The position numbers were made by a program, and so were the translations under genes. Below are positions 54,551 through 63,463 of a DNA stretch of 64,000 nucleotides, one piece after another. A model generated the notes under the pieces. The model saw nothing but the letters and a program-made list of their open reading frames with translations, was not told the origin of the DNA and did not search any database. How positions within the stretch are numbered: position 1 is the first letter of the stretch; the number at the start of each line of letters is the position of its first letter. The DNA comes from Dehalococcoidia bacterium. GTDB lineage: Bacteria > Chloroflexota > Dehalococcoidia > Lucifugimonadales > JAGWBF01. The stretch spans positions 1,006,287 through 1,070,286 of the forward strand of contig OZ244780.1 in the NCBI GenBank assembly GCA_965219565.1, in the 5' to 3' direction.

Positions 54551-55468
54551 TTAGCGGCTGCCTCTCAGACGCGGGTCCAGCACGTCCCTAAGGGAGTCTC
54601 CAAGTAGGTTCCAGGAAAACACAACGATGGCTATGGCCAGCCCGGGGAATACGGGGAGCCAGGGGCCCACACCCACGTAGTTCTTGGTCGCCCCCTTCAG
54701 CATCCCACCCCAAGACGGCTCGTCTGGGCTGGCTCCCAGTCCCAGGAAGCTTAGGCTGGCCTCAGCTATGATTGCGACGCCCACCTGGTAGGTGATGATG
54801 ACAATCAGCACTGCGGTCACTTGGGGAACGATGTGACGGAACATGATTCGAAGGTGCCCGGCGCCCAGGGAACGGGCCGCCACCACGTAGTCCATCTCTT
54901 TCACGGCTAAGGCTTGGGAACGGATCAGCCGCGCCGTACTGGGGATAAACAAGATGGACAAGGCGACAATGACGTTGTTAATGGACGAGCCTAACGCGGC
55001 CACTATGGCGATGGCCAGCACGAGGGCGGGAAAGGATATCATGCCGTCTATAAAGCGTTGGACCACCAGGTCCCAGAGCCCCCCGAAATAGGCGCTGCTG
55101 ACGCCTATCAAAAGACCTATGCTGGACCCGATGAAGGCGCTGATCAGGCCCACCCTCAGGGAGATGCGGGAGCCCATGACGATCCTGCTGAACACGTCCC
55201 TGCCCAACTCATCGCCGCCAAAGAGCATCTCGGAACTGGGAGTGGCATAGAGCCGCGTGTGGTCGGTGGTGAACTCCTCCTGGGTCTTGATCAACGGGGC
55301 GAAGATGGCGACAACTACCAGTAGAATTGCCACTGTGGCCCCGAAGGCCCCCAGCGGTTTTTTCCTGAAGAACATGGCAACGTGCCACCAGACGGGCGGC
55401 CTGACCCTCATGCCGGTCGCTTCTGCCTCGGGAAGGCTCGCTGCGGAGGTTCTTCTGTCCTGACTCAT
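54551..55468 (-). CDS. ABC transporter permease (DppC/OppC type)
   Basis: Six hydrophobic segments, an EAA-like loop (AARSLGAGHLRIMFRHIVPQ) and C-terminal LRDVLDPRLR. Confidence 0.9.
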   Translation of the reverse strand: MSQDRRTSAASLPEAEATGMRVRPPVWWHVAMFFRKKPLGAFGATVAILLVVVAIFAPLIKTQEEFTTDHTRLYATPSSEMLFGGDELGRDVFSRIVMGSRISLRVGLISAFIGSSIGLLIGVSSAYFGGLWDLVVQRFIDGMISFPALVLAIAIVAALGSSINNVIVALSILFIPSTARLIRSQALAVKEMDYVVAARSLGAGHLRIMFRHIVPQVTAVLIVIITYQVGVAIIAEASLSFLGLGASPDEPSWGGMLKGATKNYVGVGPWLPVFPGLAIAIVVFSWNLLGDSLRDVLDPRLRGSR

Positions 55469-55492
55469 ATCGCTCTCTTGGTTTGACGTAGG

Positions 55493-56452
55493 CTAGGCGT
55501 AACGTATCCTGGGATTCAGCCAGGTGTAGACCAGGTCCGTAATTACGTTGAGCACCAGCACCAGCACCGTTATCACCACGACAACCGCCTGTACCACGGG
55601 AAAGTCCCGGTGAGAGATGGCGGTGATGAGCAGCCTTCCCATTCCTGGTATGTTAAAGATGTTCTCGATAATTACAGTGCCGCCCATGAGGCGCCCGAAC
55701 TCGTAGGCCATGACAGTTATGACGGGCAGCATTGCGTTTTTCAGGGCGTGGCGGCCTATAACGACCATCTCGGCAAGCCCCTTGGCCCGGGCCGTGCGAA
55801 TATAGTCCTCCCGAAACACCTCCAGTGTCGCCGAACGCGTGACCCTGGCCACGAAGGCCGTCTGGGAGATAGCCAGGGGCAGAGCTGGGAAAAACATCTG
55901 TTGAAGGTTGTCCCACGGCCCATCCTGGAAATTTACGTAGCCCAATCGGGGAAGCCACCCGAAATAGTTGGACAGAATGAAAATCACCATGATGCCCACC
56001 CAGAAGTTAGGTAAGGCGATGCCGATAATAGTGATGATCCTGCTGGCGTAGTCCACCGGCTTGTCCTGGTTTATGGCGGAGACCACTCCAAGCGGGATGG
56101 CCACCGCGAAGGACATGAACAGTGAGATGACTGTGAGCTCCAGGGTGATGGGGAACTTAACCTTGATGTCGTCCCAGACGGGGGTGGCGTAGAAGATGGA
56201 TTTACCGAAGTCCAGGTGGAGCATGCCCCATATCCATCTTCCATACTGCTTGGCGATGCTGTCGTCGGTGCCCAGCTTGGCCCGCATCGCGGCCAGGTCT
56301 TCATCCGTGTATTCTTCGAGCCCCTCCTGACCTGAAAGGAGCATGACGGCAGGGTCACCCGGAACGATGCGGAGTAGGAGGAAGACGAAGGTGGTGACCA
56401 ACAAAATGGTCGGGATGAAGAGGAGCACCCTTTTGACTAGGTAAGCCTGCAT
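55493..56452 (-). CDS. ABC transporter permease (DppB/OppB type)
   Basis: MQAYLVKRVLLFIPTILLVTTFVFLLLRIVPGDP, RTARAKGL and LNPRIR. Confidence 0.9.
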   Translation of the reverse strand: MQAYLVKRVLLFIPTILLVTTFVFLLLRIVPGDPAVMLLSGQEGLEEYTDEDLAAMRAKLGTDDSIAKQYGRWIWGMLHLDFGKSIFYATPVWDDIKVKFPITLELTVISLFMSFAVAIPLGVVSAINQDKPVDYASRIITIIGIALPNFWVGIMVIFILSNYFGWLPRLGYVNFQDGPWDNLQQMFFPALPLAISQTAFVARVTRSATLEVFREDYIRTARAKGLAEMVVIGRHALKNAMLPVITVMAYEFGRLMGGTVIIENIFNIPGMGRLLITAISHRDFPVVQAVVVVITVLVLVLNVITDLVYTWLNPRIRYA

Positions 56453-56658
56453 ATCGTCCCCATCACCTGATCCGAGGTCTCCGGACCATCGTTCCTCGAC
56501 CGATTTCCGGGTGAGACGGTGCCTGTTCTCGGCAAGCCGACTTGCCCAAACGCGATACAGGCTGCAAAGGGGGCCCGGCCCTATTTAACCCTGAGCCCGT
56601 CGGTTCTTCTGAAGGACCTGCTTAAACGCTGGGCGGGCTCGGACCTGTTATGCGATGC

Positions 56659-57270
56659 TTAAGCTGCAGGCGGGGGGTAGCCACCCATCCTGTTGTCCAT
56701 GATGATGGCCCGGACGGTGTGGTGGAAGCAGGCCGGAATTCCCCGGTTCAATTTGTCTGCGCCACCATGACTGCGCAGGGACGATGCGTCAAACTCTAGC
56801 GCCGCCCCTTTTTATTGTCAATCGCCGTCTCAGGCGCTCCAGGGCCGGTAACAAGACACCGCCCCATCCTCAAGTCAACAGGCCTATGTTCCGTCCGTTA
56901 GAGGAGCCGCCGGTCTACAGGAGCCATACGGAGTAAAGGTCATACCCAAGAGCCGCTGGTCCTTCGCTTAATTCAGACCGAATTCAGTTCGACTGATATG
57001 GTCTATTTCACTCTCACCAGCCTGGATATGAGCACAATACGCCAGGATGGTGGGCCTAAGGGGACTGTACGCAGTACTGTGTTTGAACTAGTCGTTGTAC
57101 TCTAAGAGCCAGAGCATAACGAGACGTGTCTGGTTAGACAAAATATCCTGGTAGACAACCGAGCAGGAGGGCGTCACGAACAGCGATGCCCTCAACTTGC
57201 CTTCGGATAGATTGGCACGGGTCCAGCAAGCGGCACGTCCTCGCTTCCAATCCGTCCCTGCCCTTGTCGG
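56659..57270 (-). pseudogene. decayed remnant of a family-5 substrate-binding protein gene (paralogue of 44624..46645)
   Basis: Reverse-strand fragments in shifting frames match the C-terminal third of the intact SBP. LRPTILAYCA matches CRTILEYCE. ETAIDNKKG/GAAL matches REIDQEKRGAL. ADKLNRGIPACFHHTVRAIIMDNRMGGYPPPAA-stop matches AEELLLNGKNAFPYTHFLMSPVIVNNRIQNYHVPPAY. The fragments are interrupted by stops and frameshifts. Confidence 0.45.
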
Positions 57271-57283
57271 CGTAACATAGGGG

Positions 57284-58957
57284 GTGATACAACTATCGAG
57301 GACGGGTCGGAATGTGCCGGGAAGGACTCCTGTGAGTAGGCTCTTGCGTCATTTCGCAGCGCTGGCGACTGGGGTTATAGTGTCTTTTGCCGCGGCTTGC
57401 TCCGGTACTGGTGAGCCGACCGGACCGGGCGAGAGCGCACCGACGGATTCACCCACACAGACCCCGACGGTTGCGCCGACCCTAACCGAAACGCCGGAGC
57501 CTACGGCAGCGCTCACCCCGAGCCAGCCGGATCTGACTCCGGCGCCTACGCCAGCGCTCACCCCGAGCGAGTCGGGGCTGACGCCGACTCCCGCGACGGA
57601 CTACGACTCCAACGAGAACATGTATCGGCTCTTCTCGGGCCGGGACCACAGCCCAGAGGAAACACACGAGGCCATCACACTGGCCGTTGCGAACAACGAC
57701 AAGTCGATGGTCCCGCTCTTGATCGAGATGCTCCGCTTCTTCGGGGACTGGGAGCTGGTGACGGAGACCAACACGGCCCTCTCGGTGATGACTGGCTGGG
57801 AGTTCGAGGACGACTCGGGGACGTGGAACGAGTGGATGGAGTGGCTGGGCAAGAACGCCGATGAGTACCGTCCCCCCGACGGGTACGTGCGGTGGAAGAG
57901 CGAGCTCATGAGCCTGATCGATCCCAGGTTCGGCGAGTTCCTGGCTCCGGCGGCGGAGGGCTCACGGATAAACGTTGCCGAGATCGCGTGGGGAGGCGTC
58001 CGGCCCGACGGGATCCCTGACCTTCAGAACGCCCCGATCCTTCCGGCGGGCGAGCAGAACTACCTGCAGCCGAGCGACCGGGTCTTCGGAGTGTCAATCA
58101 ACGGAGAGCACAGGGCGTACCCGCTTCGCATCGTGAACGCCCACGAGATGGCCAACGACGTGTTGGGGGGTGAACCCATAGCTCTGGCCTATTGAACCCT
58201 CTGTGGAACCGGAATCGTGTATTCTGCCAAAATCAACGGAGAGCCAACCACCTTCGGCACGTCGGGGATGCTATACCGCAGCAACAAGGTGATGTACGAC
58301 CGTCTGACCAACTCGCTCTGGAACCATCTCACAGGCGAGCCCGTCATTGGGCCGTTGTGGGACTCGGGTATAAAGCTCGACTTCTTCCCGGTCCTCCTCA
58401 CGACGTGGGAGGAGTGGTTGGAGCTTCATCCCGACACGACAGTGCTGGACCAGGAGACGGGCCTGTATCCCGCCGAATTCTACGCGCCAGAGGAGGACCC
58501 GCAGGCGATATACTACTCCTACTTCAACTCACCTGAGACGATGTTCCCGGTCCCTTACCGCGACGATAGGCTCGAAACAAAGGACGTTGTGCTGGGGGTC
58601 CAGCTGAACGACAGCTACAAGGCCTACTCCTCCGCAGGGCTGCTGAAGAGCCGGATCGTTAACGACGTGTTGGGAGGCGAGGAGATATTGGTGCTGGGGT
58701 CGGGCGCAAACCAGGGCGCGAGGGTCTACTACCGCACCGGCAGGTCGTTTAAGCTGGTGCCGAACGAAGGCGGCGAGTACTTCGGCATACCGTCGGTGAT
58801 AGTGGATACCGACAGGGGTATATGGCAGGTGACCGAGGAGTTTCTGGTCAACACGGCAGACGAGTCGGAGAAGTTCGCGCGGATACCCACGCACATGTCG
58901 TTTTGGTTCGGATGGTTCCAGTTCCACCCGGACACGGAATTGTACACGGGACCCTGA
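57284..58957 (+). CDS. DUF3179-domain lipoprotein interrupted by a single in-frame TGA (58193-58195): candidate selenoprotein, or a pseudogene
   Basis: Track ORFs 57284..58195 and 58217..58957 are in the same frame. Read-through gives ...GIPDLQNAPIL...VFGVSINGEHRAYPLRIVNAHEMANDVLGGEPIALAY-TGA-TLCGTGIVYSAKINGEPTTFGTSGMLYRSNKVMYDRLTNSLWNH..., a continuous DUF3179 core. N-terminal lipobox FAAAC and a Pro/Thr linker. Confidence 0.6.
58210..58226 (+). promoter_or_regulatory. candidate minimal SECIS-like hairpin
   Basis: CGGAAU-CGUGU-AUUCUG: 6 bp including one G-U pair, with a 5-nt loop containing GU. It starts 14 nt after the TGA. Confidence 0.25.
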
Positions 58958-59292
58958 CCAGAGATCGCCTCGAAGGGGCCGCGCGGTAGTCGCATGGTGC
59001 TCCGACGCCTCAACGACCAACAATACGGGTGGACCGGGAGCTGCTAGCCCGCCTCCGCGCGACCAGGGAGGCTATCGTGGGCTTGGGCTGGTTGGTGCAA
59101 CATAGTTGGCGGCAGCCAGAGTCGAGTTAGGGGACCTCTGAACAACTCAGTGTGGGCTGTACAGGATGGTACGTACGGAGATTGGTGCAGACGTAGAAGC
59201 CTCTCAGGCCGTTCTCACGCCCGATAAGGTGACTAGTCAACGCCGTCCCGACGGCTCCCCAAGCCCCGTTCACCGAAATGCGGCATGGTTTC

Positions 59293-59664
59293 TCACCCGT
59301 CCGCAACTTCGTCGATGAAATCGAACCTCAAGGTGCCCATTCCCGGAACGTCGAACCCCATCTCTACTGTGTGCACTCCCGGTTCCAGAGGTCCGCTGTC
59401 GGTCCAGATGGTGATCGTCTTGTTGACCTCTAAAGTGAAGGTGTTGTCGGGGGATACGTTGCTGAAGGGGGTGTCCTGGCCCTCGATAATGAAGTAGCTC
59501 CGCTCGGCCCGGATCTCTTCGCCGTCGAGCTTCAACGGCCACACCTTTTGCGCATAGCCGGAGCCTAAGCTGTTCCTAAGCTCGAACTTGAAGCCGCCCG
59601 CGGTGTTCTTCAAGCTGCCCTTCACGTATAAGCGGCGAAGGAGAAATCCAGGTACGGATACCAT
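59293..59664 (-). CDS. hypothetical protein (123 aa), last gene of the sugar-kinase operon
   Basis: ORF with coding-like composition, 40 nt downstream of the aldolase gene. I recognise no domain. Confidence 0.55.
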   Translation of the reverse strand: MVSVPGFLLRRLYVKGSLKNTAGGFKFELRNSLGSGYAQKVWPLKLDGEEIRAERSYFIIEGQDTPFSNVSPDNTFTLEVNKTITIWTDSGPLEPGVHTVEMGFDVPGMGTLRFDFIDEVADG

Positions 59665-59703
59665 GTGCCAGTCCTCGACAGTTTAGAGTCGGTTACTATG
59701 AGT

Positions 59704-60363
59704 CTAGCGCATTCTCTCGCGGCGAGAAGCCCTTCGCATCTCGAATATGGTGGCCTCGGACTCCGCCACCTCATCGGGCAGGGCAGTGGCACGTCCCAAA
59801 ATGGATGACATGACGAATATCTTGGCGGTCCGCTCGGTAAATATAGACGCATCCAGCGCGTCTTCAGGGGTTGCCCCCACTCCGACGGCCCCGTGATTGC
59901 GAATGAGGGCGGCGTCGCGATTCCCTAGGGCCGCGCATACACGTTCGGCCAACTCCTCCGAGGCCGGGGGCGCGTACTCGGACACCCTGATCTCTCCCCC
60001 CAGGACCACCACCATCTCATCCACAATGGGCGGTATCCCCAGGCCCGCCACGGCGACGGCGCTTGAATACACTGCGTGGGTGTGGACGATGCCCCCGACG
60101 TCCGGGCGTGCTTCGTAGATGGCGACGTGCAGTAGGGACTCGGATGACGGCATCAGGTCTCCCTCGACGGGATACAGGTCGCCGTCCACAACGACGATGT
60201 CGTCCGCGGACATACCTTCGTAACTCCTGCCCATCGGCGTGATCGCGACTAGAGCGTCGGGCAGCCGTGCGCTCACGTTGCCGCTCGTCCCCGATACGAG
60301 CCCGAGTTCGGCCATCTTCCTAGCGACCTCGGCGACCCGCCTCTTCGCTGCGTCCATGCTCAT
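59704..60363 (-). CDS. class II aldolase/adducin family protein
   Basis: LVSGTSGNVSARL and metal-binding His motifs (GIVHTHAVYS). Confidence 0.85.
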   Translation of the reverse strand: MSMDAAKRRVAEVARKMAELGLVSGTSGNVSARLPDALVAITPMGRSYEGMSADDIVVVDGDLYPVEGDLMPSSESLLHVAIYEARPDVGGIVHTHAVYSSAVAVAGLGIPPIVDEMVVVLGGEIRVSEYAPPASEELAERVCAALGNRDAALIRNHGAVGVGATPEDALDASIFTERTAKIFVMSSILGRATALPDEVAESEATIFEMRRASRRERMR

Positions 60364-60372
60364 AGCGTAGCC

Positions 60373-61887
60373 CTACATTCCGGCCGATTCCAAGTGTTCG
60401 GCCATTTCGATCCAGCGCCTGTAGTGGGCGTCGTACTCTGCCGATTCGACGGGTCCCGGCTGGATTGTCGTCGTTGTAGCACTTGCCGCCGCCTCGCCTG
60501 GAATCGAATCGAGACCACGCAGCGCCGCCGCTGCTGTGACATACGCGCCCGTCGCCGTTACATTCGGGGCCGAGGCCACTTCCACCGGTCGTCCCAGCAC
60601 GTTGGGCAGCATGTCCACCCATGAGGACGTGGCTATCATACCCCCTCCCAACGCTATTTTGGATACGGGGATGCCGCTCACGCATTCCAGCTGTTCGAGA
60701 TTCGCCCGCACAGCAAACGCTATGGACTCAAGGGCCGCCCTTGCCAAGCGCCCGCGTCCGATGCCGCTGAAGGTCATGGGCACGGGGAAGATGAACCCGC
60801 CAGCCCGCAGACCGACCCTTCCCATATCCATTCGGGAAGCTCCCAAGTAGGCCAGGACACCATCCGATCCAGCCGGCGCCTCATGCGCGGCTGCGTCCAT
60901 GCTGTCAAATGGCCTGACCTCTCCCGCCCACATAGTATCGGCGAGCCAGCGGTAGGAGTTGCCCGCATCGCCGCATGTGCTCTCGATACTCCACAGGCCG
61001 TCTTCCACGTAACAGCCCGTCCAAGTCCGTCGTCCTTTGTCGAACGTAGGGACGTCAGTAAGCATGAGCAGCGGAATGCTCCATCCTGCGACGATGCCCA
61101 CCTGTCCCGCGTGGCTGACTCCGAGTCCCAGAAGGCCGCATTGCGTATCGGCGGGCGATACGACGACAGGGACGCCCTCTGGAATGCCGGTGCGGTTTGC
61201 GGCTTCGCGCCGCACTTTCCCGATCACGGCGCCCGCCCGCTCGATGGGAACGGAGCCGTCCGCCCGGACCCCCAGCTCATCAAACAGCGCCGTGCACCAT
61301 CGTCCCTCGCGAATGTCGAGCAGCCCGGTCTCGGCTGCCAACGTGGGCTCGCTTACAAGCTCTCCCGAGAGCTTCCACCGCAACCAGTCCGCCAGCGTGA
61401 CCACACGGTCGATCCTGTCATAGATCTCCGGCCTATGATTCATGAACCAGCGCAGCTTTGCGGGCGCGAACAGGAAGGACGGCAGCCTTCCCGTCACCTC
61501 GTAGACGCGGTCCCTCATCACATCGTCGATGGCCGCTCCCTCGAAGACCGCCCTCAGGTCTACGTTCGGGCCTGCGTACAGGATGTGGTCCTCCTTGTCG
61601 AGGAACACGACTCCCTGACGCTGGCTTGTGACCGTGATGGCCGCAATCCGTTGGGCATCAACACTGGTGTCGCCGACGCATTCTGCCATGAGCCTCGCCG
61701 TCGAGTCCCAGACTCCCTCCGCGTCCAACTCCCGCGCATACGGCGAAGGTACGTCTGGGGCAACGTAGCTCCAAGCCGCTGAACGTTGAACGACTACCTC
61801 ACCGTTCGAGTCGAACACGAAGCAACGAATCCGGGTCGAACCGGCGTCCACAACGACTATGGCCCGGTCGCTCACTGTGCTTCCCAA
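60373..61887 (-). CDS. FGGY-family carbohydrate kinase
   Basis: IVVVDAGSTRIRCFVFD N-terminal actin-fold phosphate-1 motif and C-terminal ALGGGMIATSSW. An alternative GTG start at 61875 would give a GTGA overlap with the upstream stop. Confidence 0.85.
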   Translation of the reverse strand: MGSTVSDRAIVVVDAGSTRIRCFVFDSNGEVVVQRSAAWSYVAPDVPSPYARELDAEGVWDSTARLMAECVGDTSVDAQRIAAITVTSQRQGVVFLDKEDHILYAGPNVDLRAVFEGAAIDDVMRDRVYEVTGRLPSFLFAPAKLRWFMNHRPEIYDRIDRVVTLADWLRWKLSGELVSEPTLAAETGLLDIREGRWCTALFDELGVRADGSVPIERAGAVIGKVRREAANRTGIPEGVPVVVSPADTQCGLLGLGVSHAGQVGIVAGWSIPLLMLTDVPTFDKGRRTWTGCYVEDGLWSIESTCGDAGNSYRWLADTMWAGEVRPFDSMDAAAHEAPAGSDGVLAYLGASRMDMGRVGLRAGGFIFPVPMTFSGIGRGRLARAALESIAFAVRANLEQLECVSGIPVSKIALGGGMIATSSWVDMLPNVLGRPVEVASAPNVTATGAYVTAAAALRGLDSIPGEAAASATTTTIQPGPVESAEYDAHYRRWIEMAEHLESAGM

Positions 61888-62885
61888 ACGGCGGGGTTGA
61901 CCAGATTCAACGGCCTCTTGCGATCCAGGAAGCGCACAATATCGGCGGCCATCATCCTGGAATAACGCTCGATAGTCTCATCCGTCGCTCCGCCCACGTG
62001 GGGTGTTAGAATCACGTTGTCGAGTGGCAGCAACGGGTGATCGGGAGTGATGGGATGGGACTCGAAGACATCGAGTGCGGCCCCCGCGATCTTCCTGTTT
62101 TCGAGCACGGCCACAAGGCCGTCCCTGTCCACTATCCTCGCGTCGGAGAGGTTCACCAGGAACGCTGTCGGCTTCATCAGTGCGAGCCTACGGGAGTCTA
62201 TCAGACCCTCGGTCTGGACCGTCAGCGGCGCGTGAATAGACACAAAGTCCGAGCCTGCCAGCACCTCGTCCAGGTCATTCAGCGAGACGCCCGACGGAGG
62301 GCTGTCCACATAGGGGTCGTACGCGATGCACGTCATGCCGATTGCTCCCGCCATCTCCACCAATCGTCGTCCGATAGCGCCGAGCCCCACGATGCCCAGC
62401 GTCTTCCCCGCCAGTTCCACTCCCCGCATCTCCACGTACGGCGCCAGGGGGTTGAGCCATCGACCTGCCTTAACGTAGTTGTGGCCCTCCGGTATGCGCC
62501 GCGCAAGGGCCAGCATCAGCCCAAGCGAGTGTTCCGCTACGGCTTGGGCGTTCCGCCCTGGAGTGTTGACGACGGCGACGCCGTTGGCAGTGGCGGCCTC
62601 GAGATCGACGTGGTTTGTGGAGGCTCTGCAAATCCCAACGAACTTCAGATTCGGCGCCGCCTCAAACACCTCTTGGAATACGAAGTCCAACTCTATCACC
62701 AGGACCAAGGCCCTTAGATCGTTCAGCCTCGCCGCCAGTTCGTCAGGGTCGTGCAGACGCCTCGATTCCATCCAGCTTTCGCATTCGACGTGGAGCTTGC
62801 CCTTGAGGCGTTGCAGCTCCCGCTCCGCAAACGGCGCGAGAAACAACCCTCGGGGCTGTCCGTCCGATTCAAGCGCCCGCATCAC
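61872..62885 (-). CDS. D-isomer-specific 2-hydroxyacid dehydrogenase family protein
   Basis: GKTLGIVGLGAIGRRL NAD-binding motif, ...FVSIHAPLT and ALDVFESHP...ILTPHVGG. Confidence 0.85.
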   Translation of the reverse strand: MMRALESDGQPRGLFLAPFAERELQRLKGKLHVECESWMESRRLHDPDELAARLNDLRALVLVIELDFVFQEVFEAAPNLKFVGICRASTNHVDLEAATANGVAVVNTPGRNAQAVAEHSLGLMLALARRIPEGHNYVKAGRWLNPLAPYVEMRGVELAGKTLGIVGLGAIGRRLVEMAGAIGMTCIAYDPYVDSPPSGVSLNDLDEVLAGSDFVSIHAPLTVQTEGLIDSRRLALMKPTAFLVNLSDARIVDRDGLVAVLENRKIAGAALDVFESHPITPDHPLLPLDNVILTPHVGGATDETIERYSRMMAADIVRFLDRKRPLNLVNPAVWEAQ

Positions 62886-63463
62886 GATTGCTGTGCGTCG
62901 CCATGTAGGCTTGGGGCGAATCTCCTCGTCATCGGTGGGTGCAGATGGTCCATCGAGTCCTCTGTTGCATATCTGTAGTGTAACTCAAAGCGAGATGGAG
63001 CAAATATCGTCAGCATACAGTCTTAGTATCGATAAAGCCCGCCGCCGCCGCAAAGGTATTGTCCTTCACGTTCACAACTGTGGCGGTTGATGAGCTTCAC
63101 CATTCGCCGTCATATTCGCTAGTCGACTGGTCGCCAGGTTGGGGGTTGCTTCCCTGTCGGGCAACAATATCGCGATGGTCGCCAGCACCGAGCCGCGACC
63201 CTGACCAGGTATAGGACTGCACTGTCCGATTTCTCGGGTCCACCCCACTCCCGGCCTACGAAGTGCGTTCTTGGGTCGACGCCGCACGAGACGCAACCGA
63301 GATAGGCGCAGAGTTTTCTGGAGTTCGTTAAACCTATTGCTGCGCACTCAGCAGAAGGGATTTGGAACACCTTTCAATGTATCCTTCGATCTGGTTCTCT
63401 CCCATACCCATTTCCCTCAACAAGAATGATACTCCGGCTATGTAGAGGACATTCGTCATCACT

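Noticed and set aside
63072-63370. Two overlapping minus-strand ORFs (91 and 83 aa) between the dehydrogenase gene and the IS3 element
   Set aside because: They are mutually overlapping, with no RBS and no motifs. This is probably non-coding or decayed DNA.
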